DNA of 64,000 nucleotides. It comes from Botryllus schlosseri. Its lineage: Eukaryota. The DNA is taken from positions 39,992,001-40,056,000 of the forward strand of contig CM119371.1 in the NCBI GenBank assembly GCA_051294905.1, read 5' to 3'. The notes beneath the pieces are model-generated. The model searched no databases. It worked only from the letters and a program-made list of their open reading frames with translations, and was not told the DNA's origin. Position numbers and translations under genes: made by a program. This document shows positions 39,793-54,072 of this stretch, piece after piece; the first letter of the stretch is position 1; every line of letters begins with the position of its first letter.

Positions 39793-41758
39793 CTGTTGCG
39801 GGATAAAATTACTATTAATATTGTGTATTATGCTTCTTGCTATTCGCAGCCTTTTCACCAGGGGCTATGATTTTTTACAAGGTACTTTAGATCAGGGGTG
39901 GCCAACCTTTTTGCTATTCACGACCACATCTCGATTACTCATGTCGCCTATACGGCCACATTCCAGGACATAGTCGCAATGGACTAAGTGGGTGACAAAT
40001 ATCCGGCCCAAGTCCAAATATCCGGCCCAAGTCCATTTCCGGTCAACTCCGGACTACTATATACACCGAAATCACGAATGCTAATGTTGTGAGTAATTTC
40101 TGGGACCTGTTATAGTCGCACAAATCGCAAAACTTTTTCAGATGCTGGATTGAATTTTGTAATTAATATTAGTTGTTTCGCAAATCGCAAAAATTGAATC
40201 AAGTTTTCAGCTATACGGTCAATTCTTGCATAAAGAAAAACAAGAACATTTGTATTCATGCATATTGCCACAGTGTAAAGACCAGGCCCGCACAAGCTAC
40301 CAATGTAGTTCAGTTGAAGGATAACTAAATACTGTTTTTAATGGTTCTAGTTCTAGTTGCTTATTTTCAAAGCGATGAATTCTAGTTCTTGTTCTTTAAA
40401 AAAGGATTAGTTGCAGAACAATTAGAAAACGCGAGGAATCGTTAGGTGTAATCAGTAGGGATTCTTTTTCACTACTCAAAATTATGTCAAAATTATAGCG
40501 TTATATCAAAAAATGAACTTTCTTTCTCTATTCTTGACAAGCTACTTAGTGAGGCATACACTTTCCACCCGATAATGTAGGAAAGTATCTTTCGTCGTAG
40601 TACAAATTATTTTAATTATTTCTACCATGATGCGTAACGTAACTACTGGAATTCTGCATAGAGCTAGATTTTGTTACAATTAAATTTTTACTAGTGAAAA
40701 TTTGCCAGTTTTTGAGCGAAAAAGGTTTTTTTTCAGGTCAAACTACTTCGAAATGACAGACAGTTCCAACCCGAAATGAAGATAAGTAGTACAATTCTAA
40801 CATTATGTGGAAAACGCCTAATTTGCGTACGATAGGTCAAATTTGGTCAAGATTAAAAAAGTGAAAATTCTGATTTTTAAGCTCAAAATCTTCCGTTTTT
40901 GAGGTAAAAAAATCGCCCTACTATCATACAGTTAACAAGTGCACCTACCTAGTACGATACGCTTCCAGTACCAAGGACATAAAATAGTCTCCGCGTATGT
41001 TAATAACCTTTCCAAATAAACCTGAAAAGAGGAAGAACCACGTTACTAATGACACCAATAATCTATCCAATAATCATTGGCAGCGTGCCAAGAAGCAAAT
41101 AATACAATAAGGAACTGATTTGAAGTTGAAAATATATTAATAAAAACTGGGAATGGATTGGGATATCGACGCATTTATATTGATATATAGTTTTTCCGCC
41201 GATGACAATATTCGATGGTTAACTGGATCTTGACTGAGGAATATAAATAGAAGAATATTAGAGAAACTCATTCTAATATACTGGCGTGTCACTCATTCTT
41301 CATGAAGTAGCGGTGTGCTCATAATTTTACGGCCTGCTTGATAAAACTTTTAGGGGTTGCCCAAGAAAACGCTGCACAGCACACGGATTTTGGCTTAATC
41401 CAAACCTATAGAACCATTGCTATATAAGACAAAGTATTTATTAGAGATATTTAAAAAAAATCAATATGAAAATGTTTCAAATTTGGCTGACTACAATATG
41501 AAATTTGAAGGTTGTATGAAGAAACGATGCACAAAATAATTTGGCTCAATTTCAACCAGTAGAAGCAAAGTTATTTGAGTATGAAATTTTTGGATTTGTA
41601 AAAATTAATTATTTACTATGGATCTAGTCATCGTGAATACTACGTTTTGGAATCCAAAATTTTGACCATGAATAACTTCGCTCCTACTGGTTGGAATCGA
41701 GCCAAATTTGTTGTGTTCCGTTTTTTCAGACTACCTGACAATGTTGTGAGGCAGCCAG

Positions 41759-42071
41759 CAGGGTTGTAATGACTCAAGTCGTCACGATTTTCTGATGACT
41801 CGACTCGAGTCATATTCTCAAAACACGGAAATGACTCGATTTGGAATCGAGTAAATGCGCATCACTTTAACCAAGTCATATGGCTCGAGACTCACTGATC
41901 AGTCAACACAATGACTTGAACTCATAATACCATGACTCGGACTCGACCCAAAGCTAGCTGATTTGGAGTAGACTCGGTGTGAATTGAAAATGACTCGGCT
42001 TGACTCGAGTCCAAACTATAAAAGTGAGATTGACTTACGACTCGGAGCCTTGTGACTTGGTTACAACCCTG
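41759..42071. mobile_element. Short GACTC-family MITE
   Basis: CAGGGTTGTAA...TTACAACCCTG; TSD GCAGCCAG/GTAGCCAG. Confidence 0.88.
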
Positions 42072-42658
42072 GTAGCCAGTAAAATATGAAAAAAATTTGG
42101 GGTTGTTTTCCCACAGCTTTCTTCTTATATAGCAATGCTTCCTGGGTTGAAATAGAGCCGAAATTGGATCTCAATTTCCATCAAGCAGCCAGTAAAATTG
42201 AAAAAAAAAATTGAACAGCCAAATCGCAGCATGTCTTAGAAATCAATACTACAAGAAATCGAGTAAAAATGGACGTCATTACTTCTACTTTTACTGCAGA
42301 AACGATTTTAATCACTTTTACGTGTTTCATAGTTTTACGAATGCAATTTTACCGGAAATCGATGACAAAACGAACCAACTTGATAACGTGTTCTGTCATG
42401 GGGAACGGGAAGTAAGGTAGAACAAACAAAGCAGTCTCCCGGGAATTACAGCTATTAGATCTGCTGTCGCATGATCAGAGGGCTGATAGAAACTTGAATA
42501 ATATATTCATATCTAAATAAAACTGACACTCGCCAGGGGTGATCCTTATGATCTAGTAAAGATTTCAAAAGCAATTTGTAGCTTATATCATCAATCGTGG
42601 CGTCATATTTTGTGATACGATTGTTGATATCGAATTTTCCTTCTAATTCCTGCTAGTT

Positions 42659-42703
42659 GCTGACGATCACCCCTGATGAGTGTCAGCCGAAAACGTTTAG
42701 GTT
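42659..42703 (+). ncRNA. Minimal hammerhead motif in small foldback element
   Basis: GCTGAC-GATC-ACCC-CTGATGA-GTGTCAGCC-GAAA-ACGT-TT-AGGT. Confidence 0.7.
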
Positions 42704-43758
42704 CGTTTCAATATGATTATATTATTCAAGAAAAGAAATTCCTTACCAAATTAACTATTGCACATTACGCAGTCGATTGCACCGCGCTACGTAACGTCCT
42801 GATGAAGCGATAAATATGCCGATGCTCCGTCTCTCGCCTGTCGTAATCCGACGGCACACGATCGCGCTGCAATGGAGATTGAAAAAAATCGCGTGTTAAG
42901 TCTTGTTATCGTATTGATAAATCGAACCTTGGCAGGTTACTCGCAAACATTGTCTGTCGGGCATCAAAACACAGCGCAGACTTGGGGGCAACAAATTTTC
43001 AGATTTTCTAAATTAGATAGAATTATTGCTATACAGGAAAGTCTTTATCCGTATTTGACTCGAATTAGAATTATAGCCACACGTTTTTTCCCGAATTAGA
43101 TCAGAATTATAGGTAATATCTTTTTCAAATCAGATTAGAATTACGATTGTAACTAGTTTTTTCTTCAAGTCACGTTAAAATTAAAATTGCATCTACAGTG
43201 AATTCCAAATTAGATTAAAATTAGAATTAGAATAATAGCTACATTTTTCCAAGTTGGATTAGTATTAGAATTATAGCTATTATATTTTTCTTCAAATCAG
43301 ATTAGAATTAGGTTTAAAACTAGTTTATTTCCAAATAATGTTGGAATTATATTGCAGCTACAGTTTATTCCAAATTAGAATAAAATTAGAATAATAGCTA
43401 TAGTTTTTTCAAATTAGACCGGAATTTCATTTTATAACTAGTTTTTTCTTCAAATTGAGTCCATTGAAATCAGAGTCCATTCTCATAAGTACGAGAATTG
43501 CAAATGTCAGTGCACAGAAAAATGGGCTCAATTTGCAGTGTATAGTTCTCTGTAAACCAGAAATTAGGCCAATATCACAATTAGATCATTGAAACCTCTT
43601 ACATATCAGATTAGAATCAGATTGACGGTATCCGGCTTTAGAATTAAGTAGCTGTCCGAGTTTGCTGTTAACGATCTTGATGTGATGCAAAAAATTGTAT
43701 CGTGATTACAGTTTGGCGGTGCTGGACCTAGCACAAGTCCTCAAATAATATTATGAAC

Positions 43759-44738
43759 CAGGCACGTAGCCGGCCAAATAATAAGGAGGGCGTTTCGAAG
43801 CCAAAGGGAGGGGTGTCGAGTTTTTTCGGACTTACTAATATAGCATACTATATATCAACTCATTAGGGTTAAGTAGGTGCGTAAATGACGATTATACAAT
43901 CTCCTCGTGTTGATGAATATACACGTATGATAAGCTTGTCGAGGAAACCGGAAGTGCTGTTAATTAGCGACTACCTGAAGCAATAAATACGTGCGCTTAT
44001 TAATGAGTCGAACAGTTAGACACGTCTTTACGTAGCCTAGGTGACGAGTTGCGGAAGTCAAAATGTCCGAGCTTTTACGCAACATGTGCTACAACGACGC
44101 TAATTTCAGTTGCTTCAAACCTCTCCTCTTTTATAACTCAAGCCTTGACACACATTTTCTTATGGTTATGTTCAGGTATTAGCGGAAATCAATTACGCAT
44201 GTACATGTTTGCGGAAGTTTGTTGTCATTCAGTTTTGGATGACTTTCTTTAATCACGGTTCCAAATCAGCATATACTTATAGCCATTGTCACCAAGCCAT
44301 CGGGAGATAGGAGCCAAACCATACTAGGCCCGAGACGCAGTAGTTAGGCCAGCGATGGTATCTTCCGTACTAGGGCTATTGCAGATGCGACCGTGTAGGC
44401 CAGCGATAGTATAGTGCGCACCGGGCTTATTGCAGACGCGATTCTTCAACCCAGCGGAACTAGGCTGGTTGAAGACGCTATAAATCAGGCCAGCAACGAT
44501 TGCCAAGCGCGTGGCGATCAAAGAGCTAATTTTGCAATCATCTCAGTGGGAGATAGCTTCACGTTACATTTGGCATGGACGAATCTCGCTAATTGGCCGC
44601 GCGCAACACTGATAATAAGATTTATTAAACTGCAACTGAATATTAGCGTCAGAACGGTTATCCCAAAAGGACGGCGCTTCATAACTAAGGGGTTTCGAGG
44701 TTTTCACCCCCGAAACCCTTACTCGGGCTACGGGCCGG
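43759..44738. mobile_element. hAT-type MITE
   Basis: CAGGCACGTAGCC...GGCTACGGGCCGG; TSD TTATGAAC/CTATGAAC. Internal AGGCCAGC.A repeats at about 44320-44500. Confidence 0.78.
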
Positions 44739-45353
44739 CTATGAACTATTAAAAATCGAAATAATCTCACTGTCAAAGGATGCTTTTTTTCATCAAAAAT
44801 TTCCATAGTCTTCTTTTCACTGTCCCATTTTTCGATGAGGTGATAAACAGCTAATGCCATGCTGTATAGACAGAAAATATGAATGGCAACATTATTGGGT
44901 AACGGAATTAGTTTCAACTCGTGCCTGATATTGCAAATTGACTATGGTTCACTTGAATCAAAATCTAGTGTTAATTCCAATTATTGGAGTCGCATAGCGA
45001 GAGATGAGTTTTGAGAGAACTGAATTATCGAGTCACAGTGTTGACAATCGGAAATCGATGACAAAACGAATCAGCTTGACAACGTGTCCTGTCATGGGGA
45101 TCGGGAAGTAAGGTAGGGCAAACAAAGTAGTCTCCCGGGAATTACAACTATTATCATGTTATCGCATGATAAGCAGGCCAACAGAAATTTGAATATTATA
45201 TTCATACTGAAATAAAACTGACACTCACCAGGGGTGATCCTTACGAACTAGTAGATTTTTCAAAACAAGTTTGTAGCATATATCAGCAATCGTGGTGTCA
45301 TATTTAGCGATACAATTGTTGATGCACATGTTCTTTCCAATTCTCCGCTAGTT

Positions 45354-45398
45354 GCTGACGATTACCCCTGACGAGTGTCAGCCGAAAATGTTCAGGTT
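45354..45398 (+). ncRNA. Minimal hammerhead motif, duplicate copy
   Basis: GCTGAC-GATT-ACCC-CTGACGA-GTGTCAGCC-GAAA-ATGT-TC-AGGT. Confidence 0.7.
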
Positions 45399-45758
45399 CA
45401 TTTTAATATCAATATACTGTCAAAGAAATGAAAATCCTCACCAAAGTAACTACTGCACATTCCGCACCGCTCTAAATAACGTCCTGATGAAGCGAAAATA
45501 TGACGATGCTCTGGCTCTCGCTTGTCGTATAATCTGACGGCACACGATCGCGCTGAAATGGAGATCGGAAAAAACACTGGTCGTAAGTCTTGTTATCGTA
45601 TTAATGAATCAAACCTTGGCAGGTTATTCACAAAAATTGTCAGTCATCAAAATACAGCACAAACTTGGACAACATATATTCAGATTTTCTAAATTAAATA
45701 GAAATATTGCTGTACAGTGTTTATCCAAATTAGACTTGAATTAGAATTATGCCACACA

Positions 45759-45928
45759 CAGGAGCGTAGCCAGGGAGTGGTTTCAGGGTTCGTCAACACA
45801 AGCAGATTCTATAATCGTCATTTACGCATGTACTTAACCCAAATGAATTGACGCTATATTAGTAAATTCGAAACAACTCCCTTTCATTTCAAAACCATCT
45901 TATTATTTATCGACTGGCTAAGCGCCTG
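45759..45928. mobile_element. 170-bp hAT-type MITE
   Basis: CAGGAGCGTAGCCAG...CTGGCTAAGCGCCTG; perfect TSD GCCACACA. Empty site near 43076. Confidence 0.88.
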
Positions 45929-46689
45929 GCCACACAGTTTATTGCAAATTAGATTGAAATTAGAATAATAGGTACACGGGTTTTTCCGAATTAGAATTAT
46001 AGCAACAGGTTTTACAAATTATAGCAAACCACTAATTATGGCTGACAGTATTTTTTTTTAATTAGACTAGGATTAGGTGGTAGGGTTAGAAAAAATTAGG
46101 TTTATGAGCGCGCGGGAATGTTTTTTATGCTTGTACAACTCAAATACCCATCGGTCTGCTTACTACATTTTAAAGATTCTCTCCGCTATTGTGTATACAA
46201 GAATATACTTCTCTTAGTAACCAATTTCTCGTGAATTCCGAACCACATTGACGTGTGTTAACTTCTGGTATTAGGTGATAATATCATTTTCATGTCTGAT
46301 AATGCCACTTGTCAAGGTGATACAAACGTAAGTTCAAGCTACTTTAATGTTAATTCATTCAATAAGCTTGTGTTTATCATGAAATTACTTGGATTATGCT
46401 GAGTTTCGCTATTAAAAAACACTGTAACATGATTGAATTAATCAAACACAGCGCAAATAATTACAAATCGCCTGCAGTAGGTATTCTTTTATGATATACG
46501 AAGGAGGATGACACGATTATCTTATAATACTCTAGTAATTCATTTATTTATCTTGTGTTAATTATGAAATCACTTGGCTCGCGCTGTAAATTACACTGCA
46601 ACGTAAAAAGTTATTATATTTAATCTCATAAGTTAGAGCTAAATTTGAATTCGTTGGAAAAATAAGATTCAGTAGGCCTACTTGATTAT

Positions 46690-49600
46690 CAAATTAGATT
46701 TACTTGAGTAAACGTGAGGAGTTATAAGTTATTCTACTGAAGTTTCTACGAGGTGAGGTCCTGTCAAAAACCACTAACTTGATTATTTCGGAATAGAATA
46801 GACGATCAACTTCATTCGTCAAGCGGCATAAGACCCCTCATACATACATACACAGTACACACTTACATTAGCTGATTGGGGCTGTCTATTCTTACGAGGA
46901 TGCTTGGTAAAACGAGGAAAAAGCCTTGAACAGTAGTTGCGGACTTACTTGCACTAATTACTAGCTACATAATACAACAAGTTACCACTCGTTGATGTAA
47001 CTGTCCTCATTTGTATGCATAGCCTACGAGAAATTGCTTACTGAGGGAGGTACTTTTTTGAAGATTGCAACAACATAGCCATATATGTATTTATCCCGTA
47101 TACACAATATTTGTATAACACGATATTTGAAGGTGGAGATGAACTAACGAAATTTGGTGTCGTGGTAGATAATTTTAAACTGTCGTAACTTCGTATCGCT
47201 ATGATGTCATATAACACTGTCCCAAGTCCCAGGACTATGACTGAAGAGCTCGTCGAATGAATATCGTTAGTCAAGATGATCAAACAGAACGAATAGAAGC
47301 TCACCGTAACATATACTGCTATTTGACAGACTTCAAATACAGCGAAAAGTAATTATGTAAGTCATACTACATGGGCAAGTGTACAAGTACATGTAGAATT
47401 AATAATAAATGAGATTTACTTGCTACACTCAAGTACAGGTTAAAGAAAAGATTTCCGAATGGGTGAATGAGCTAGTTTTTTATTCCAAATTTTGTCTAAA
47501 ACTGAAACTGTCAAGAACTGATAAAGTACTCTAAAACCAAGTCACTTTTTACGTGGAGTGAGTCGATAGCGAAGTACTTGCACATTTTGGAGTACTCAAG
47601 TATAGGTTTGGCCTGCTTGCGCTATACTTAATCAAGTGATTAACTGTTTACACTGCATCTACTTCTATTTCAGAGTTGTCGGTTTTTCGAGCAAACTATA
47701 CCTTCAATACTTACTTTTTACCTCACTCGGAAATCATCACTTCTTGTCCTTTACTAGGAATTTACTGCTACTAAAATGTTGAAATGTACTTCTTTTCAGT
47801 GGCCTTGGTGAGCGGTGTCAGTTTCATCTATATCCTACGATGCATTATCGCGCTGCAGAATGACTTACCGCAATAAAAATACCAAAAATACATCGAGAGT
47901 TTGCGAACTCTCACTGTGCAATATTTGAGTTTTACGAAGTAGGCTACCCTTCAAAGTGAGCCTATATGTTGGATATTATTCAAAACCTCATAAAATTACG
48001 CGTCGAGCGAGGAATCCTTCAAAATAAGATAGAAGTAGTCATTTCCGAGTAAGTAAAACGTTAGTACTCCAGATATATTTCTGCTTAATACTATAACTAT
48101 CATGAAGTTGAAGCACTCCGATATCATAAGGACTTGAGAGTATTTGGTTCATGTAGGCAAAAAACCTACTTGGTATACTCTGAAAAAGTACGAGTACTTC
48201 TTTACTTAACAACTCCAAAGGTTAGCACAGTTTGTGGTATTTCGATTACCTGCTAATAAAATGTTGAAATGTAATGTACTTTTTTTCAGGGGTCTCGATG
48301 AATTGTACCAGTTTCATCTATTTCCTACAATGCATTTCGCTGTCCTGAATGACTTATCATCACCGTAAAAAAATAGTAAAAATATACCGAAAATTTGGGA
48401 AGTCCTACTATGCGATATTTGAGTTTTTCAATTTACATTTCGAAATTAGCCCAGTTGGATATCAACGAAAACCACGTAAAATTTCACTCCAAACGTTATG
48501 GCTTTAACTCGAGCAAATACGTATTCCGAATTTTATGAGTGAAATAACCTTCCTTATGTCAAATCTACATAGGGCAGAATAAATCGAAAAAACAATAAAT
48601 GCGGAAGCCTATAGGCATCGAGATATAGCTCGGCGTCACACCGCGGTCCAATAGCGAGAGTGGAATAATATAGAAATCATACCGAACCATTGTAAAAGTG
48701 ACGTTTCTTAGTTTACGCATATAAAATTTCACATTGTAAAAGTTAATATTGAAGGTCCATTTTTGTTTAATACTGAAACTGTCTTGAATTTGAAACAGGC
48801 CTATATCATAAACACTCGAGTAGTTGGTGCATGTAGGCAAAAAACCACTTGAGTATACTTTGAACTCACTTACTTACTTACTTTGAAATCTGTACTTTTA
48901 CTTGTATTCGAGCGGAATTGCGCGATGTTGAGTGCCATCTGACGGCGTTTATCACACTGCTGGAAAATTAATGTTCAGTACTCGAGTATCAAATTAGATT
49001 TACTTGAGTGAACGTGAGGAGTTATAATAAGTGATTCTACTAAAGTTTCTATGTGGCGCGGTGCTGGTAAAACCACCAGTTTGATTATTTCGGAATATGG
49101 AATAGAAGACCAGCTTCTATCATCAAGCACCATAAGACCCATCATTCATACATACATACTTACATTATCTGCTTGGGGCTGTCTATCCTTATTAAGGTAC
49201 TTGGTAAGAACGCGGTAAAGCCATTGAACAGCAGCAGTTGCGGGATTACTCGCACCAATTACTAGGTACATAATAACGCAAGTTAACACAAGTTGGTTCG
49301 ATCCTTGGCTTACGTGCACCAATTACCAGCTACATAATACAACAACTTAACACTTGTAGAGCACGATATTTGCTCTTGGAGAACTAACGATAGTTTCGAA
49401 GTCTCACTTCGGGATATTAAAATATACGGTTTAATCAACATAACGACTTGACACTGGAAAAACGCTTTCACGTTATTCAATAACTCGATTCTCGAAACTT
49501 GTTGCTTGTGTGATTTACCACTGGTGTGCAAAGGGTTAGAAATGTTAGCAATATAGTTTCACATTCTATTTGTTTTGACGGAAGGGAAAATCATTCGATA

Positions 49601-51960
49601 ACTCGACACTTCTCGTTAGTAAAGTAAATTGTTGTATAATATTTTCTAAAATACAAACTCGGACGAAATCATGAATTGTATAGGACTTACCTTAAACATA
49701 TATTGTGCACATACAACTTTGTTACAAGAACTACGATATTCCTGTAAGTACGAGATCTGTGTTGGGTTATTTGAATATTAGGATACGTGAGCATTCATGT
49801 AAAAAGTTATCTTGATATCAAAACATTTTGTAGAGACTATATCATTCTTTAGTTTGAAAACGCGTCTATTCATTCTTCAGTTTCATAGTACGCGAATATC
49901 GAGTAAAGTCGATTACTCATTTATCAGCAGTAAATTTCTATTAAAGTACAAGAAGTGACGATGTCCGAGCGGCTAAACAAGTAAGTATTGACTTCTTCCG
50001 AGTACTCAAGTACGTTATTTGCGTACATGCAACAAATACTCTCAACTGTTTATGATATTGTACTGCTTCAAATCCGTTATAGTTGCAGAATTGAGCAGAA
50101 ATAGACCTAGAATACTGACGTTTTACTTAGTCGGAAATAGGTACTTCCACCTTAATTCAAAGGATTTGTCGCTCGGAGCAAAATTCTACGAGGTTTTGGA
50201 TAATACCCAACATGTAGGTTCACTTTGACGGGTAATTTGTAAAACTCAATTATCGTATAGTGATGGTTCGCGAATTCTCGATGTATTTGTGCTATTTTTC
50301 ATTGCGATAAGTCATTCTGAAGTGTGAAAATGCATTGTACAATATAGATGAAACTGGGCCCGCTCATCAAGGCCAATGGAAAAGTACATTTCAACATTCT
50401 ATTACCAGTAAATTTCTTCTGAAGTACATGAAGTGCTGATTTCCGAGCGAATAAAAAAGTAAGTATTGAATGTATTATTTGTCTGATAACTGAAAACTCT
50501 GAAATATAAATAGAAGTAGATGAAGTCTAAATAGATAATCACTTGATTAAGTATAGCGCAAGCAGGCGAAACCTATACTTGAGTACTCCAAATGTACAAT
50601 TATTTCGATATGGAGAGGGTTTTGATAATATCCAATATGTAAGCTCACTTTGATGGATAATTCGCAAAAGTCAAATATTTCGCAGTGAGAGTTTGCAGAT
50701 TCTCGATGTATTTTTGCTATTTTTCGTTGCGATAAGTCATTCTGCAGCGCGAAAATGCATGATAGGATATAGTTGAAACTGGCGCTGCTCATCGAGGGCA
50801 TTGAAAAAGTACATTTTAACATTTTAGTATCAGTAAATTTTTAGTGCGCTGTAAATAGATAATCACTTGATTGAGTATATTGCTACCAAGGCCAAACCAA
50901 TACTTGAGTACTCTAATATTAGGTCCATATACGCAATAAGCTACTTTAGTATTCTGATGGTTTGGGATGAAATGTAATTTTTCGTGCTTTTTTATTTTTT
51001 AATAAAATCAGTATTCGTTTTACAGAAACGTCGTGTAAAGGTAAAGTACTTGTACATTTCGGAGTACTCAAGTATAAGTTCTGGTTAGCTAAATTTCGAT
51101 GTCATAGAAATACCACAAACTGTGCTACTTGCACTTCTTCAGGGTACTCAATTAGGTTTTTAGCTATATGCAACAAATACTTTCGGGTGTTTTTGATATT
51201 GGACTGCTCCAACTCCATGATAATTATAGTATTAGGCAGAAATGAACCTACAATACGAACGTTTTACTTACTCGGAAATGACTACTTTTACGTTAATTTA
51301 TAAAACTCAAGTAAAGCTCACGAAATCCATAGTGTAAACGTCTCTAATGCGCTGAAAAAGGCAGAAAAAGTACTCAATACGCTAAATTTGAATCTAAAAA
51401 TATTAAATTATTTTTTCATTAAAATTGGAGCTACTGTATATTATTTATCGCCTATATTTAAATTCGGTGTGCTAATGCGTTGAGGTTGAAGCTAAAACAT
51501 CCTATTTCATGCGGTCAAGAAGACTAGCACCGCGTAGCCGAATTTAGCATACCGAAAAATATCTACTTTACAAAATTTTCATTTCTTTATGTCCATTAGA
51601 GTCGTGTTCATCCGACGAATTTGTCCGACTTACTTGCATGAATTACAAGCTACATAATACAACTAGTTAACACGCGTTGATGTAACGTTCCTCATTTGTA
51701 TGCATAGCCTACGCGAAATTGGTTACCGAATTTTTCGATTAGTTTATATTCTGAATTTTATTTAAAACTGAAACTGTTAAGTACTACTAAAAGTGTTATA
51801 AAATGTGAAAAAGTGTACAAGTAGAATTAATATTATGTCATGAATAAGTAGTTTACAAATTCATACGATTTTTCTTGTTGCGTTCCGGGATAAAATGTAA
51901 TTTTTCGCTCTTTTTTTCTTATTTTTTATTAAAATTAGTATTCATTTTACAAAAAACGTC
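46690..51960. repeat. Patchwork of local direct and inverted duplications (AAGTA/TACTT-rich)
   Basis: 46690-47000 is repeated at 48990-49350. A ~230-bp unit occurs at about 47760 and 48250 (+) and about 50180 and 50615 (-). Confidence 0.75.
47042..47330 (-). pseudogene. DCAF1: Probable DCAF1-like exon
   Basis: VCQIAVYVTVSFYSFCL...RSYDSLKL...FVS/FISTF resembles VCMHP...YTLWL...DRYDGLRRLVNLISTL. GTAAGC donor; one frameshift. Confidence 0.5.
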
Positions 51961-52654
51961 GTGTTTTGACTTTTGAAAATGGAAGATGCGTGGGCTGGAC
52001 TAACTTTTTACGTAGTTTGAAATCGCCACTTCTATACATTAATTATAAGTATTTGTCAGTCATCGCAGCACCGCTCATATTGCGCACCATCTATTTATTT
52101 CACGGATAACAAATTACTCCTGCTTTTATCAGAGGATACTTTCCTAGGGTTTGCCTACTAACAGTACTTATAGTTTTGATTAATGAAAAATATAGTGATT
52201 GAAAATAGATCACTGGATTATAGTTTACAGAAAACTCCACAATTCTATGTGACGTCCTTGCATGCCAACAACCTTCGAACTATTCGCCACATCATAAACA
52301 CTTGAGTAGGCCTACATTTGATGCGTGTGGGGAAAACCTAGGTAAATTTTCATATGCATTTAGTTTCCGGCTCTGAAAGCAAGCTTGGTCTATGATCAAT
52401 AGCAACTTTTGCGTAAACTCCGTTCTATTTCACTTCATACCTACACAATGTAGATAGTCTATTCGAATAATTCGATGTATAATTGAACTTTCCTCTGCAT
52501 GATCATTAGGGCTTCTATTTTTTGTTGCAGGGCAACTTTGTTGTAGCCGAAAGCGGTATTATCTAGCAACAAGGTTTAAATGACTCGCCTCCGGCGTTTA
52601 TTGACCGTATTACCCGTATTCTCGTCATGCAAAAATTATGCATGTATTAGTATG

Positions 52655-53030
52655 AAGCTCAGATGCAGCAAAGTGTGTGTGACTGCCTGTAAAAATGCTG
52701 CGAAGCAGCGACTCTAATTTCCCGGCTTATAGCAAACAACGACGCTGAAATTTTACTTCAGACGCAGCAAAGGGTGTGAGACCGCCTGTAAAAATTGCGC
52801 GAAGGTACATTTCTCGGCTTATAACAAATAACGACGCTGAAATTCTACTTCAGATGCAGTAAAGTTAATGCGTTTGGCTATATAAATTGCGCGAAGGTGC
52901 ATTTCTCGGCTTATAGCGAATAACGACGCTGAAACTCTACTTCAGATACAGCAAATGCGGCAAAGTCTGCGCGAATAGCTGCATAAATTGCGAAAAGGTG
53001 CGACTCTAATTTTTCGGCTTTATTGCAAAT
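52655..53030. repeat. Minisatellite, ~92-bp unit, ~4 copies
   Basis: GACGCTGAAA at about 52741, 52833 and 52925. Confidence 0.85.
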
Positions 53031-53334
53031 ACCGATGGGGCAGAATTGACGTCGGATCAACTCTTTGTACATTCCACAAGCGGGACCATTCAGAAATATC
53101 GAGCCACTCTGAAGCATGAAGGAGGTTTGGTCGTTACGTATACTCGCGACGGGATCGAGCATTATCAACCTCTGAATCCAGCTATTCACCCAGCGTAGTT
53201 GTTCCTAATCCCAACCTTCCGCTCGTATCGTATATACTACAAGTCAGTGATCGCTACATCAAACAAAACGGTCAGATCGAACGCAAGAACTCGGATCGCA
53301 GCGTCGGATGGTCAAAATCGCATTTTATATTAAG

Positions 53335-54072
53335 TAATTAGTGATGATGTGTAGAATTTTGATATATCATCATATAAAACCACACCTAGTTCAGCGTTGC
53401 TCATATTATCCGTGAAAATACAAAGTCCTAAATACACATAATAATAATATCTGGCGAATATAGCCTTGCATATACATCATAGTTTTTGGTTATCATGACA
53501 ATAACTGGTTTCCGTTAGCGAAGTGTTATTGCAGATATAAATACGCACATAAACCAAATGAATTCAAATTCACATTCACAGAAATGTGTTATCTGAGAGC
53601 TCATATTATCCGCGAAAATATAAAGTCCTAAATACACATATTAAAAGGACTGAATCGTATGAAATGAGTGGACTTTTTACTATATTTGCTCCTAACATTA
53701 TAGCAGCACCCGACGCAGCTTACATTATTATGTTATAAGACAAAATTATCGCCGAGCAATACCGATTTTGCGTAAGTTCCGTTATGCGTTTGACTACTTT
53801 ACTACGGATTAATATTATGTTGATCGCGCGACATGTGCGTAGAATTTTAATACATCAGAAAAAAACCACGCATAGTTCAACGTGGATGAGTGTTGTCTGA
53901 GAGCTCATATTATCCGCGAAAATACACAGTCCTAAATACACATAATAGAATATCTTGCGAATATAGTCTTGCATAGACATCATAGTTTTCTGAATTTGCT
54001 CATAAATACACGAGGCAATAGTCTAGCGGTGAGCGATGAACATACAGTCCTAAATACACATAATAGAATATC
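53335..54072. repeat. Irregular tandem duplications
   Basis: GCTCATATTATCCG.GAAAATA..AGTCCTAAATACACATA near 53399, 53599 and 53903; partial copy at 54045. Confidence 0.75.

Larger units (their letters stand above)
42354..45760. repeat. Segmental direct duplication (about 42354-43085 and 45050-45758), each followed by AATTAG arrays
   Basis: Colinear from CGGAAATCGATGACAAAACG onward; includes the ribozyme-bearing foldback. Confidence 0.88.

Noticed and set aside
45478..45506. Second hammerhead (CGTC-CTGATGA-AGC-GAAA-ATAT-GACG; paralog near 42795)
   Set aside because: There is no valid stem II or UH site in register, and the paralog lacks GAAA; at best a decayed relic.
53030..53330. Integrase-like words (DGIEH, QNGQIERKN) on the plus strand
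   Set aside because: They lie in different frames with wrong spacing, and there are no other LTR-element features.
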